Origin: Octopus bimaculoides
Lineage: Eukaryota
Assembly (NCBI RefSeq): GCF_001194135.2
Contig: NC_068999.1
Span: 30,607,155 to 30,652,006, forward strand
Length of the DNA: 44,852 bases
Reading direction: 5' to 3'
Positions 10,200 to 21,244 of the stretch are shown in pieces. The position numbers and the translations under genes are program-made. Each line of letters begins with the position of its first letter. The stretch's first letter is position 1. The notes beneath the pieces were generated by a model. It was not told the DNA's origin, did not search any database, and saw nothing but the letters and a program-made list of their open reading frames with translations.

Positions 10200-10516
10200 G
10201 CAACTTTGCTTGTTGCAAGATCTGCAGCTGAATGTTGCTTATTTTTATATCTATATTGCAAACAGAGATAAACGACTGCCATGTCTAGCAGAAAGGTGTC
10301 CAGGACTGAGGAAGGGTAAGACCCTGAAACCAGTTCTGGTCTAATGGTCCTGTCACTGCTGGATGGGAGGGGTTCACTCCCTTGCTTGCAATATATTGGT
10401 CACAGGTTTTGTGTCATTAACCAGCTGGAGGAAATGTCCTCCTGGGGTTAAAAAAGAGTAGTAACATTGTTCTGTATGGAACAGCCATATTGAAATGGCC
10501 ACAAACATTACTTTTA
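10198..10516 (+). mobile_element. Second, circularly permuted copy of the retrozyme-like unit
   Basis: 10198-10337 matches the reverse complement of 9859-9983; 10342-10516 matches the reverse complement of 10025-10199. Confidence 0.8.
10300..10347 (+). ncRNA. Type I hammerhead ribozyme motif with intact catalytic core
   Basis: CCAGGA (stem I) CTGAGGA (core) AGGG-TAAGA-CCCT (stem II) GAAA CCA-GTTC-TGG TC (stem III, GUC triplet, cleavage after 10341) TAATGG (stem I'). Stem I has two central mismatches here, but the sister copy supplies CCAGTA and TACTGG, a perfect 6-bp stem. Confidence 0.8.
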
Positions 10517-12664
10517 TATATAGAAACACAAGAAATGCCTGCAGTTCCTTTGGCAGCTGTGGATGCTTTTCCAAAAGATCTAGACAAAGAGCATCATCCC
10601 ATCATGCTGGAAGAAGGCAGAAGGATGTTTTGTGCCAAAAAAAGAAAACTTCACAGTTGTTAATCAGTTTAGGACCATCTCCCCACTGAGTGTTGAGGGG
10701 AAAATCTTCTTTTCCATACTGGCCAAAAGGATGACCTCTTACATGACTAAGAATGAGTATATAAACACATCTGTTTGGAAAGGTGGGGTCCTGGGTTTCT
10801 CAGAATGTCTGAAACACATTGAAATTCTCAGCCAGTTGATTCAGGAAATCAAGAGAAGAAAAGTGACTTGATAGTGATTTAGCTGGATCTGGAAAATGCA
10901 TACAGATCAATTCCTCATGTCCTCATGTATGTAGCCCTTCACTCCTATCATATTCCCCAGCATATTAAGGGAATAATTAGCAGTTACTTTGGAATCATAA
11001 CTGGTTGCACAATTTCCCCATTCTTTTCGTCAAGGGTAAGAATCTTCTCAACTGCTGATAGAGAAGCCCAAGGACCAACAATGGAATCAGGCAGCTGTCA
11101 GCAATCAATAAAGGGCTTTGTGGATTATATTACAGTAACAACTACAACTCATGTGGATGCAGAAAGGGTGCTGACTTCAATTGAACACATAGCAGCATGG
11201 GTAAGAATGAAGTTTAGCCCCCAAAATCGAGGTGCCTGGTGATTGGGGAGGTGGGTGGATGGGACAAAGTAACCAACAAGATCAGGCAGCAAATGCAAGG
11301 AGAGGCCTTTCCATCAATAGAGGAAAATCCAATTAAATGCCTTGGAAAGATGTTTGACAAGTTGCTCTCAGACAGATGCAATGTTACTAGTATTGTGAAG
11401 CAAGCAGAGGAATGGCTAAGGGGAATAGACAGGGCTTCCAGTAATGTAAAAGGCATGGCTCTATGAACACGGACTGCTTCGAAGACTCATATAGTTATTG
11501 ATACTGTATGATATTCTGATGACGATGGTGGAAAGGGTGGAGAGGAAGGTAAATGAATACCTCCGAAGATGGTTAGATGTTCCCTCAAGCTTCACTTCAA
11601 TAGGTCTGTACATAAAATCAGGACAACTACAATTTCCCTTGTCAGTTGTAGTGAAAGAATTTAAAGTAACAAAATGTAATGCAATGATGTACAGAAATTT
11701 GAAGGACAAACTTGTTGGACATGCAGGTATTACAACAAGGTCTGGGTGAAAGTGAGTTGCTAGCACAGCAGTCGCTCAGGCTGAAGGCATGCTGCAGTTA
11801 CGTGACATTATTGGAGTTACATGCAGGAGTCACCAGGATCTCAGTTCTTCCTATTTCCAACATTGGAAGAAAGCAGACATCGGGAAGAGGAGGGCTATGA
11901 CCCAGGAAGTGGTGCAGTACCAGGAGGAAGAAGAAGAAAATCAAGAGCTGTGGAGCTGGTATCTCAGGATGCATGGACTAAATGGGACCTCCCTAAGAGG
12001 AAGCTCACATGGACTGACCCGAAGAGTCTGGAACCTTTCACGCTTCCTTCCTGCTGTGAGTGGTATATGACACTCCTGACGTGAACAAACCTGTACAGAT
12101 GGGGTTTGAGGGAAGACCAGCTGTATAGACTTTGTGGAGAAAGGGGCACTCTGGCACACATCTTGGCAGGGTGAAGAATAGCACTTTCTCATGGCAGATA
12201 TAAATGGCACCATGATAGGGTGCTTGCAACACTTACACCCTGGAACATGAAAGGTACACGAAACATCATCACCAGGGGAAGGCAACAACAGGAATTAAAA
12301 GTTCGTGAAAGAGGGAGATAGACCAGTAAAGTCGGCAAAAACAATACATAGCTTGCTGCATGGATCTCAACCATAGGATATGAAAGTGGACCTAGTGGAG
12401 AGATTGCCATTTCTCCAGGTCGTCCATACAACCCTGAGGCCAGATGTGGTCTTTTGGTCTAAAAAGGTCAAGAAAATTATCATAATTGAACTCATAGTCC
12501 CGTGGGAAGAGGGGTGTGATGAGGCCCATGAATGGAAACATGCCAGATATGAGAGACTTCTGCAGGATTGCAGGGAGAAGAGAGGGCAGGTATGGCTCTT
12601 CCTGGTTGAAGTTGACTACAAGGGATTCCATGCTCAGTCAGTATTGAGGATGCTTACAGCCATT
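10517..12664 (+). mobile_element. HERO-like RLE-clade non-LTR retrotransposon; 5'- and 3'-truncated, frameshifted RT, CCHC and restriction-like endonuclease
   Basis: KKC..LWQLW..KI*TKSIIPSCWKKAEGCFVPK, QFRTISPLSVEGKIFFSILAKR, LDLENAYRSIPH, GCTISP, KGFVDYIT (FMDD site), LCGERGTLAHILAG..HHDRVL (decayed CCHC), LRPDVVFWSK..IIIIELIVPWEEGCDEAHEWKHARY (PD..E RLE motif typical of HERO). Confidence 0.88.
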
Positions 12665-12721
12665 GACTAAAGGCAGTGCTCCTGCATGGCCGCAGTCAAA
12701 TGACTGAAACAAGTAAAAGAG
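12665..12721 (+). mobile_element. 3' tail of SINE family A
   Basis: GACTAAAGGCAGTGCTCCTGCATGGCCGCAGTCAAATGACTGAAACAAGTAAAAGAG matches the tails of the full copies. Confidence 0.9.
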
Positions 12722-13908
12722 AAAAAGAGGTATTAAATTGTTGGATCAGGTGATGAATGTTATGGAGAGAGTCATAGCCCAACTAATTAGGGAGAGAGTT
12801 AGTCTATATGAGATGCAGTTTGGTTTTGTGCCAGGGAGAAGCACCACTGATGCTATATTTCTGGTAAAGTAGCTGCAGGAGAGATACATAGTCAAGGATA
12901 AACCTCTGTACTTGGCTTTTTTTGACTTGGAGAAAGCCTTTGACAGGGTCCCCCTGATTCCTTACCTAGTGGTCAATGTAGAAAATTGGGATAGATGAGT
13001 GGTTGGTTAGAGCTGTACAGTAATGCTACCAGTAAGTTGAGGGTTGGCAATAAGTACAGCAAAGGATTCAGGGTGCAAGTATGGGTTCAACAAGAATTGG
13101 TCCTCAGCCCCATCTTGTTCATCATAGTCCTCCAGGCAATAACAGAGGAATTTAAGACAGGCTGCTCCTGGGAGCTCGTCTATGCTGATGACCTTACTCT
13201 TATAGCTGAATCACTACCAGAACTAGAGAAGAAGTTCCAGGTATAGAAGCTAAGTCTTGAATCAAAGGGCCTTAGAGTTAACTTAGCAAAAACCAAAGTC
13301 TTAGTAAGTAGGAAGGCAGACAAATCACAAATCTCTTCAGGTAGATGACTCTGCTTGATTTGTAGGAAAGGTGTAGGTAGAAACTCCATAAGATGTACCC
13401 ATTGTAAGCTTTGGACACGTAAAATGAGCAGTAATATCAGAGGAAGGTTAACAAGGAAAATAGCTTTTGTATGTGAAAGATGCACAGGTACAATAACCAC
13501 CAAAAATGTAAAGAAAATAGACTCCATCAACTGCCAGGTAGAGGTAGTTGATAGCTTCCATTGGGTGACCAAGTTAGTAGTGGAGGTGGATGCTCTGAAA
13601 GTATAGCTGTGAGAATAAGAATAGGCTGGGCAAGGTTCAGAGAGTGCCTACCTCTGCTGGCAACAAGGCCTCTCCCTCAGAGTGAAAGGCAGACTGTATG
13701 ATGCCTGTGTGCAAACAGCTATGCTACATGGCAGTGAAACATGGGCTGTAATAGCTGAGGACATGTGTAGGCTTGAAAGAAATGAAGCCAGTATGCTTCA
13801 CTGGATGTGCAATGTCAGTGTGCATGTTTGACAAACAGTAAGCGTCTTCAGAGTAAAGTTAGGTATAAGAGGCATCAAATGTGGTGTGCAAGAGAGACGG
13901 CTGCAATG

Positions 13909-13912
<4 letters not shown>
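12722..13912 (+). mobile_element. RTE-clade LINE, 5'-truncated RT region with stops and frameshifts
   Basis: RGIKLLDQVMNVMERV, QFGFVPGRSTTDAIF, AFFDLEKAFDRVP, GVQQELVLSPILF, WELVYADDL, KTKVL, Cys-rich insert, AMLHGSETW, RWMC..RLQW; interrupted by (AC)n at 13912. Confidence 0.92.
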
Positions 13913-13952
<40 letters not shown>

Positions 13953-14069
13953 TTGTGCACTGGTACACACACACACATACACACATATACATACATATAT
14001 ATGTTTTTGCATGCTCACTTCTTAAAAAGTAGCAATGTTTGAGTAGTGTTGTCAATTTTCCTGTCAGCA

Positions 14070-14122
14070 AATCACCCTACTCATAATGGTTAGCATCAGG
14101 AAGGGCATCTGGTTGTAAAATC
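14070..14122 (+). mobile_element. Short RTE 3'-terminus remnant
   Basis: TGGTTAGCATCAGGAAGGGCATCTGGTTGTAAAA matches the conserved AGGAAGGGCATCCAGC terminal motif. Confidence 0.6.
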
Positions 14123-15189
14123 AAAGCTTTAGCAACATATTTGTCACACTATGTTAGCAAGTGAAAATGGACATAAAATGTCACCTCTACTCTATTTTAA
14201 CCAATAAGCAGCTGTTAGAAATCAATACATTGACTTTATTAATTTTTCTTTTTTTGATATATTGGCATTTCATTGAATTACTTTTGTCAATGTAGATGAA
14301 TAAGTGGTTCCTTAGATTCTGGCTTTCTCATTTTATATAAATGGTTCAGCTTAACATCAGTATATACCACCTTCTATATACACGGCTTTGCACCATACAC
14401 ACTCTTTCTCTCTCAGTATATATATTTATATATTACACACTCTGTATAGATGGTTCCACATTTCACCACTATCCATCACACTCTGTATGCATAGATCTAC
14501 ACACCACCACTATACACCACATTCTATGGTTCCAGATTCTACCACTCTCAATATACATGATTCTATCCATCACCACTATATATCACATTCCCTCTCTTTA
14601 CATACATGGTATAGTTAAGATGTGTTTCACATGGGTGGGCAGCCAGGTAGCCAAGGTAACATGCATACATGCATGCCACCCTGTATGTGTATATACAAAT
14701 ATGCATGCACACACAACATACACACACACACATACAAGCATGCATGCATGCATACATACATACATACACACATACATGCATGCATGCATAAATACATGTT
14801 AGATAGGACTGTTGCACTGTGTCTCTCAATTTGTTGTACCATTTCTCCAGAAATACCTTTCTGCTCTATTAAACACGCATTTAAAAAAAAAATGTATCAA
14901 ACAAATTACTTTTTATCTAATGCAACTGTACTATGGATGGGAGACCAAATGTTATAGGTTAGGGAACTGGATAAGCATAAGTTTGCCAGACAAAATTAAT
15001 TGTTACTAATTATAAAATATTGAAACCAAGCCAAAGTACCAAAGTTTGCCAACATAAACTTATGAAAAGATTGCTTACAGTACTTCAGCAGTAATGTCAG
15101 GAGGTCACATATTCTCATTATACCTCCTTCCCAAGCATAGCTCATGTATTTTACATTATTTATTATGTATTTTATGTTATTTAATGACT

Positions 15190-15405
15190 GTGTCAGAGAC
15201 GTGTAAAAAGCACATGTGCTGGTGACATGTAAAAAGCACCTAGTACACTCTGTAAAGTGGTTGACATTAGGAAAGGCATCCAGCTATAGAAACCAAACCG
15301 AAACAGACAACTGGAGCCTGGCGTAACTCTCTGGTTTACCAGTTCCAGTCAAACCATCTAACCCATACCCACATGGAAAACGGATGCTAAATGATGATGA
15401 TGATG
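15190..15405 (+). mobile_element. RTE LINE 3' end fragment
   Basis: GTAAAAAGCACC..AGGAAAGGCATCCAGCTATAGAAAC..CAGTCAAACCATCTAACCCAT..ATGGAAAACGGATGCTAAATGATGATG. Confidence 0.85.
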
Positions 15406-16061
15406 TGTTAATTTCAAAACACATCTTTTAATTATCTGTGAAAATTCACCTAGAAGGATGAAAAGAATGTTAAACCTTCATACACCTATCAGTTATTTGC
15501 AATGACTTTAGCAATGGTGCACCAGCCTGCTGGTCAATTGCACTATAGTCAGAAATACAAGTTTTGCATCCTGTATGTCATTTCTTTCGACCAAAATATA
15601 GACAAATATAAACACTTAATGGATAAGAAGATAAAATGAAAGACATAACTTATATAACATGGTTTATGTAGGATAAATTGTTTCATTCTTTATTCCACAT
15701 ACTCATGCATTTTCTCCTACAAAACTATTTAAAAATATCTTGTAATAAGGGAAACATACTAAATTTGTTTTGTTCCACAAAATGTACTGGTAAATTAATA
15801 GCAGCATAATGTAAAATAGGAGCATGATACCATATATACATCAGCATATATGGTATCAGATACATACAATAAAACCTCTATCTTGCCTTACTCAAAGTTT
15901 GTTTAAAAAGTCTATGGAAATAAATATAGAGAGCACACAAACAAAACAGTGATGCAACAATGTTTACTAAATTACTTTAGTAGCTCCGAGCCTCTTACTG
16001 AACATTGCACCATGTAAAACTGACCTACATAAACACTTCTATTTAATGTAATAATAGTTTC

Positions 16062-16270
16062 TTATTTAGGCACAAAGACAGAAATTTTGAGGGTGGGGGG
16101 CTTGTTGATTAATCAACCCAAGTATTGTAGTGGTATTTTATTTATCATTCCTGGAGGGGTGAAAAGTAAACTTGACTTTGGTAGGATTTGAACTAAGAGT
16201 ATAAAGAACTAGAAAAATACTGCAAAGCATTTTTTTCTAACACACTAATAATCTGGTCAATCCATCACCC
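16062..16270 (-). mobile_element. Degenerate SINE-like repeat (second family)
   Basis: Minus strand TTAGTTCAAATCCTACCAAAGTCAAGTTTACTTTTCACCCC..GATAAATAAAATACC; a related plus-strand piece lies at 30905-31000. Confidence 0.55.
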
Positions 16271-16846
16271 ACCCTATTTAACAATATTAATGGTAAAGAG
16301 TAAATTAATAATTTTTTGAAGTCTGGTTCAAATTAATCTCCAACTTAACTCCTTGCCAACTATATTATGCTGTTCACAACAATCTCCTATGGTCAAAGAC
16401 CTTGACATAATTTTCTGGCAATCAACTGACAAGCTAATCAACAAATGATTTAAAATACTACTTTTGCTGTAGAAAGAAATCTATAAGACATCTGTGGTTG
16501 AGGTTTTGAAATCAATAAATACTGAAGCATTCATAGAATTATTTTGTAAAAAGATTTATCATTGAAGTGATATGTTCATATGCATCAAGTGGCCCAGGAA
16601 GCAGGTTTATGTAATAGCTGTCTAAATTGATTGTAACTGGTCTGATTTTCAAATGGAGTAAGACAGATGGAATTTTATCAGCATTCATAAAAATATCACA
16701 CCATTTCTGAAAACATTTAATTGCTGTTATCTTTATTTTTAATATATTGTACACTATTATATTATATAGCACCTCACAGTATGTATAAATGCATGTGTAT
16801 TTTTACATACAATATATATGTATGAGAAGACCTCTCATATATATGA

Positions 16847-17418
16847 GAGGCAAGTGAAATCGAAACCGAACTAAATTCGACAACTGGCACCCATGCCAAC
16901 ATCGTCTCCTTCATTGGACATGAAACTCAGCTTGCAAAGACTTATTGGGGCAAGCGAAAGCAAAATCAGGATGGCACCTGTGCCCAGCGTCGCCTTCCTG
17001 GCACTTGTGCCCATGGTATACGTAAGGACTTTCGAGTGAGATCGTTGCCAGTGCCCCTGGACTGGCTCTTGTGTGGGTGGCACATAAAATACACCATTTT
17101 GAGCGTGGCCGTTGCCAGTATCGCCTGACTGACCTTCATGCCAGTGACACGTAAAAGCACCCACTACATTCTCTGAGTGGTTGGCGTTAGGAAGGGCATC
17201 CAGCTGTAGAAACTGTGCCAAATCAGATTGGAGCCTGGTGTAGCCTTCAGGTTCCACCAGTCCTCAGTCAAATCGTCCAANNNNNNNNNNAGAAACTGTG
17301 CCAAATCAGATTGGAGCCTGGTGTAGCCTTCAGGTTCCACCAGTCCTCAGTCAAATCGTCCAACCCATGCTAGCATGGAAAGCGGACGTTAAACGATGAT
17401 GATGATGATGATGATGAT
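16847..17418 (+). mobile_element. RTE LINE 3'UTR copy (young, CpG-rich), spanning an assembly gap
   Basis: Ends TGGCGTTAGGAAGGGCATCCAGCTGTAGAAAC..CCATGCTAGCATGGAAAGCGGACGTTAAACGATGAT(GAT)n; N10 at 17281-17290. Confidence 0.88.
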
Positions 17419-17503
17419 ATATATTGGTCTTATCTGTCAAGATAAGAGCTATAAGACTGTGGTAACTGACACCACCCTATAGAAATACATTTATGCATGT
17501 GTT

Positions 17504-17546
<43 letters not shown>

Positions 17547-17556
17547 NNNNNNNNNN

Positions 17557-17871
17557 TCCATCGGTCTCTTTTGCCAAACCGCTAAGTTACGGGGACATAA
17601 ACACACCAACATCGGTTGTCAAGCGATGTTGGGGGGGACAAACACAGACACACAAACACATACACACAAACACATACACACATACATATATAAATATACA
17701 TATATACGACGGGCTTCTTTCAGTTTCCGTCTACCAAATCCACTCACAAGGCTTTGGTCGGCCCGAGGCTATAGTAGAAGACACTTGCCCAAGGCGCCAC
17801 GCAGTGGGACTGAACCCGGGACCCTGTGGTTGGTAAGCAAGCTACTTACCACACAGCCACTCCTGCGCCTG
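17557..17871 (-). mobile_element. tRNA-derived SINE (family A), least decayed copy; 3' part lost in the N gap
   Basis: A-box at 17848-17859 (TGGCTGTGTGGT) and B-box at 17806-17816 (GGTTCAGTCCC) on the minus strand; retains CpGs. Confidence 0.92.
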
Positions 17872-18032
17872 AAAATGTTTAATAAGACCCCCTGTAATTC
17901 CTGGCAGAGATTAGAAACCTCTGCTTGTGTCTTGTTACTACTTTTAAGCACCCTTACCTACTGGGCCACCAAAGCATATACACACATATATATATTCTCA
18001 TACACACATACATACATATATGCACACAATAT

Positions 18033-18186
18033 GGACTTTTTCAGGTTCTGTCTATAAAATTCATTCACAAGGTTTGGTCAGCTTGAACCTACAGAAGATA
18101 CTTGCCCCAAAAAATACCATGCAGTTTGACTGAACCCAAGACTATATGGTTGGGAAGCAAGCTTCTTATTCACACAGTCATGCCTG
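18033..18186 (-). mobile_element. Old SINE family A 5' fragment
   Basis: Degenerate match to the head and body (AGAAGATACTTGCCC..GACTGAACCC..AAGCAAGCTTCTT..CACACAGTCA). Confidence 0.7.
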
Positions 18187-18199
18187 GCTAAAACATATA

Positions 18200-18850
18200 C
18201 AAGGGGAAGTCAAAAATTATTCGCACTTTTGCCATAACATATCTTTACTATTGTCACACTGCTTTCTGAACATGTGGGCTTATAGTTGGTATCATTGTGG
18301 TCATATGATCGAAGTTTGAGCCTAATCACACCATTTATCTTTCTGGCTTTACAGTGTAAGCATGGCTGCTCCACTAGCAATGAGCACCAAAGAAGAACAA
18401 AGAGTAGTGATCCGATTTCTCTGGTTGGAAGGTGTGTTAGGTGCTGAAGTTTATTGGAGGCTTTTAGCACAGTATGGGCACAGTGCACTACTGTGTTGAA
18501 GTATGTTTGAGTGGATCAAGAAGTTTAAAAGTGGCCAGATAAGCAGAATGCTTGAAGAGGGAGCAGGACACCCATCAACCTCTACTACTGATGAGAAGAT
18601 TAAGCTTGAGAGATGGTAATAATAAACCGGTTCACCATTACCATCTCTTGGATCACCACTCTTTGTTCTTCTTTGATGCACATTGCTAGTGGAGTGGCCA
18701 TGCTTACACTGTAAAGCCAGAAAGAAAAATGATGTGATCAGGCTCAAACTTCGATCACATGACCACAATAGTACCAATTATAAGCATGCAGTGTGACAAT
18801 AATAAAGATATGTTATGGCAAAAATGTGGATAATTTTTGACTTCCCCTCG
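18200..18850. mobile_element. Mariner-derived fold-back non-autonomous element (both ends are the 5' end)
   Basis: TA flanks (18198-99, 18851-52); terminal C(A/G)AGGGGAAGTCAAAAATTAT; ~200-bp inverted arms at 18200-18413 and 18650-18850; the plus strand encodes a mariner N-terminal HTH remnant MAAPLAMSTKEEQRVVIRFLWLEG..FEWIKKFKSG..GAGHPSTSTTDEKI. Confidence 0.9.
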
Positions 18851-20860
18851 TACCTGAGAGCATTGTAAGGTAGTCTATTGTCCCCTTGATACTATGGTGA
18901 ATGGAATCAGCTATGCACCAGAAACTCTCCATGATACTCTTTCCAAGTTCATTGGTCATGCACACATATATGATACTGAGTAATACATGGGAGTATATAA
19001 TGAAAAACTATAGAGAAATTACAAGACCAATAATTAAATATTTGTTATATCAATTCCTCAACCAAATAAGTAGGCCAAATTGTATTATTTTATGTTAACA
19101 GTTACATTTGAACACAAATACATGTTTAAAGTCAAACCTATACATAAACAGCATTCTCAAATATCACCAATATCCAATTGTGCTATTGGTGAGTTGTTCT
19201 AATTTAATTTCTATGTTCCTAGCAATCAATGCTAGTATCAACCACCAGTATATACAAAGGCAAGAATTTTTGATGAAAAGGTTCTGACATTTCTGTTTGC
19301 TATTCCTGCTTCATGTTGGATTCATTAAGAAACAAACAAAATTGGATGAAAATATTTTCTGTTTTTTATGCTCCATGAATGGATAAGGAGAAAATATATA
19401 TGGAAAATAAACCAAAAGTACTTCTTTTTCAAATACTAACAGAACTAATCAAACATTTTATGTAATTAATTAGCTATTGATTTCTAACAATTACTATAAT
19501 GGTTAGCTTTAGTTTTCTCTCTTCAGGGACACTGAACCTGCCATTTAGTTCTTTCTTAACAGACAATAAATCTGTCATCCTGTCATCTTGTAACTTGTTT
19601 TTGTGATATAATGTGGCACTGCATGGTGGAGCAGAGGGAGAGCAGAAGAATGAAATAGTGGTAGAGAGAAAAATAAAAGAAAAGAATGAGAGAAAATTGG
19701 GAAGAGAGAAAAAGAGGTAGAGTAACAAAAAGAGATCGGGGAAGGCAGACAAGCGGTAAAGGGAGACAAAAGTTGGCTGGTTGATTGGAAAAGAAAGAAA
19801 AGGACTTATAGTGAATGTAACAAAGGTAGCAATATACTTTCACTTTACAGGACCATCCATGTATATTAGGTAATCCCTAAAATCAGGAGCTTAAATAAAG
19901 AAGTTTGCTTTAGAAGAATAAAGAACTATGTCTTAACTTATATCAACACGGTGGCTATATGAGCAGAGGTTCCAGGCAAAATAAGAACAAGTTCTATTGT
20001 TGCAGAGGAACTACATTAATCTTATGCATGGCAGTATAATGCAGAAATAAGATGTTTCCAAACCAAGTTACCAATGGAAACTAAACATCTGTATGAGCCT
20101 CTTTTAACCCTCTGAACAAGTGAATTCGATTTAAGAAGGTATTTCTGCCAGTAGATATTACACAGATTCTTAACTTTATAATAACTATAGCAACAGTAGA
20201 TTATACAGATTATTATACAGAATAAAAAACACTGTTCCAACTGACTTCTAGCAAGTCATATAATTTGACAAGTCAAACTGAATATTTAAGAAAATCTACA
20301 GATACTGGATATTCACATGACTAAAAGGAATCTGTCTAATTTGAAAGTCATTATAGAAGTATCCAATAAAATGTCTATAGATATTATATATAACATTATG
20401 ATCTTCGAAGATAACTCCATTGTCTAAGTATTTGAAGAGTCATAGAATCAAAAAAGCTTATCCTCAAAATATAATGCTGAGTTCTTCAAGAATAGCAAAA
20501 TTCAAATTAGTTTTGACTTCTTACACAAGAAAGAATTGTGATGTGTGAAAGATTAAGATCAAAAGAAAATAAACACAGTTGTCAGACAGTTGATGTTATG
20601 TAGAGTGTGAGTGCACAGCAATGCATGTGAATTGTGACTATACTGTGATGTATGCAGTGGGACTGTACAATGCAGCTATCAACATTCCAATGGTAACAAT
20701 CTAAAATAAGCCAGAGCCTGTTATACGACTGATATAACAAATATGTTTTCAAATGAAGAAATATGTACTTAAACCAAACAAATAATTCCAGCATTAGTTA
20801 TCTGTAAGGTTGATTGGTTAAGGTTTATGGCAGTTGAAGTTCTGGTAGTTAACATTCGAT

Positions 20861-21065
20861 CCTTTATTTCCATATTTCTATTGAAATACATTGCCTGTGT
20901 TTTACCTAATTTTGAAAATTATGATGAATTTAGTAGAATAACTTATTATCAAGCTGGTGTTAGGAATATAAACATGAAATTTTGAAGGAAAGATTCATTC
21001 TAGATCACTTTAGACTGGAAGTTTGTTCCATTGAACCCTGGCCAGGCAGGTTGGTATCAAAAGGG
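20861..21065. mobile_element. Possible small MITE with piggyBac-like end
   Basis: Right end GGTATCAAAAGGG|TTAG resembles a CCCTT TIR plus TTAA; left end is degenerate (CCTTTATTTCCATATTTC); single copy, recognised from memory only. Confidence 0.35.
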
Positions 21066-21244
21066 TTAGTCTTGCAAAGCTGAAGGATAATTTACAGTTC
21101 AAATATTTAGCAAATGCCTTATCAATTCTGTATAATTAAAATTTGTGCTGACTCTCTTCATTCAAATTATGCTGTAACATATGTGAAATAGAGCATTTTT
21201 AATTATTCAGCAGTTTGTCTATTTTTCATGTTGTGCTTATATTT

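Noticed and set aside
14360-14610. Recurring CACCACTAT motifs suggesting a degenerate tandem repeat
   Set aside because: No consistent period could be established by eye; treated as low complexity
17208-17363. Identical 73-bp direct repeat (17208-17280 and 17291-17363)
   Set aside because: The copies flank an N10 gap exactly, so this is an unmerged contig overlap (assembly artefact)
17800-17871. A-box/B-box sequence as a tRNA gene
   Set aside because: No complete cloverleaf, and it continues into the SINE body found in several copies
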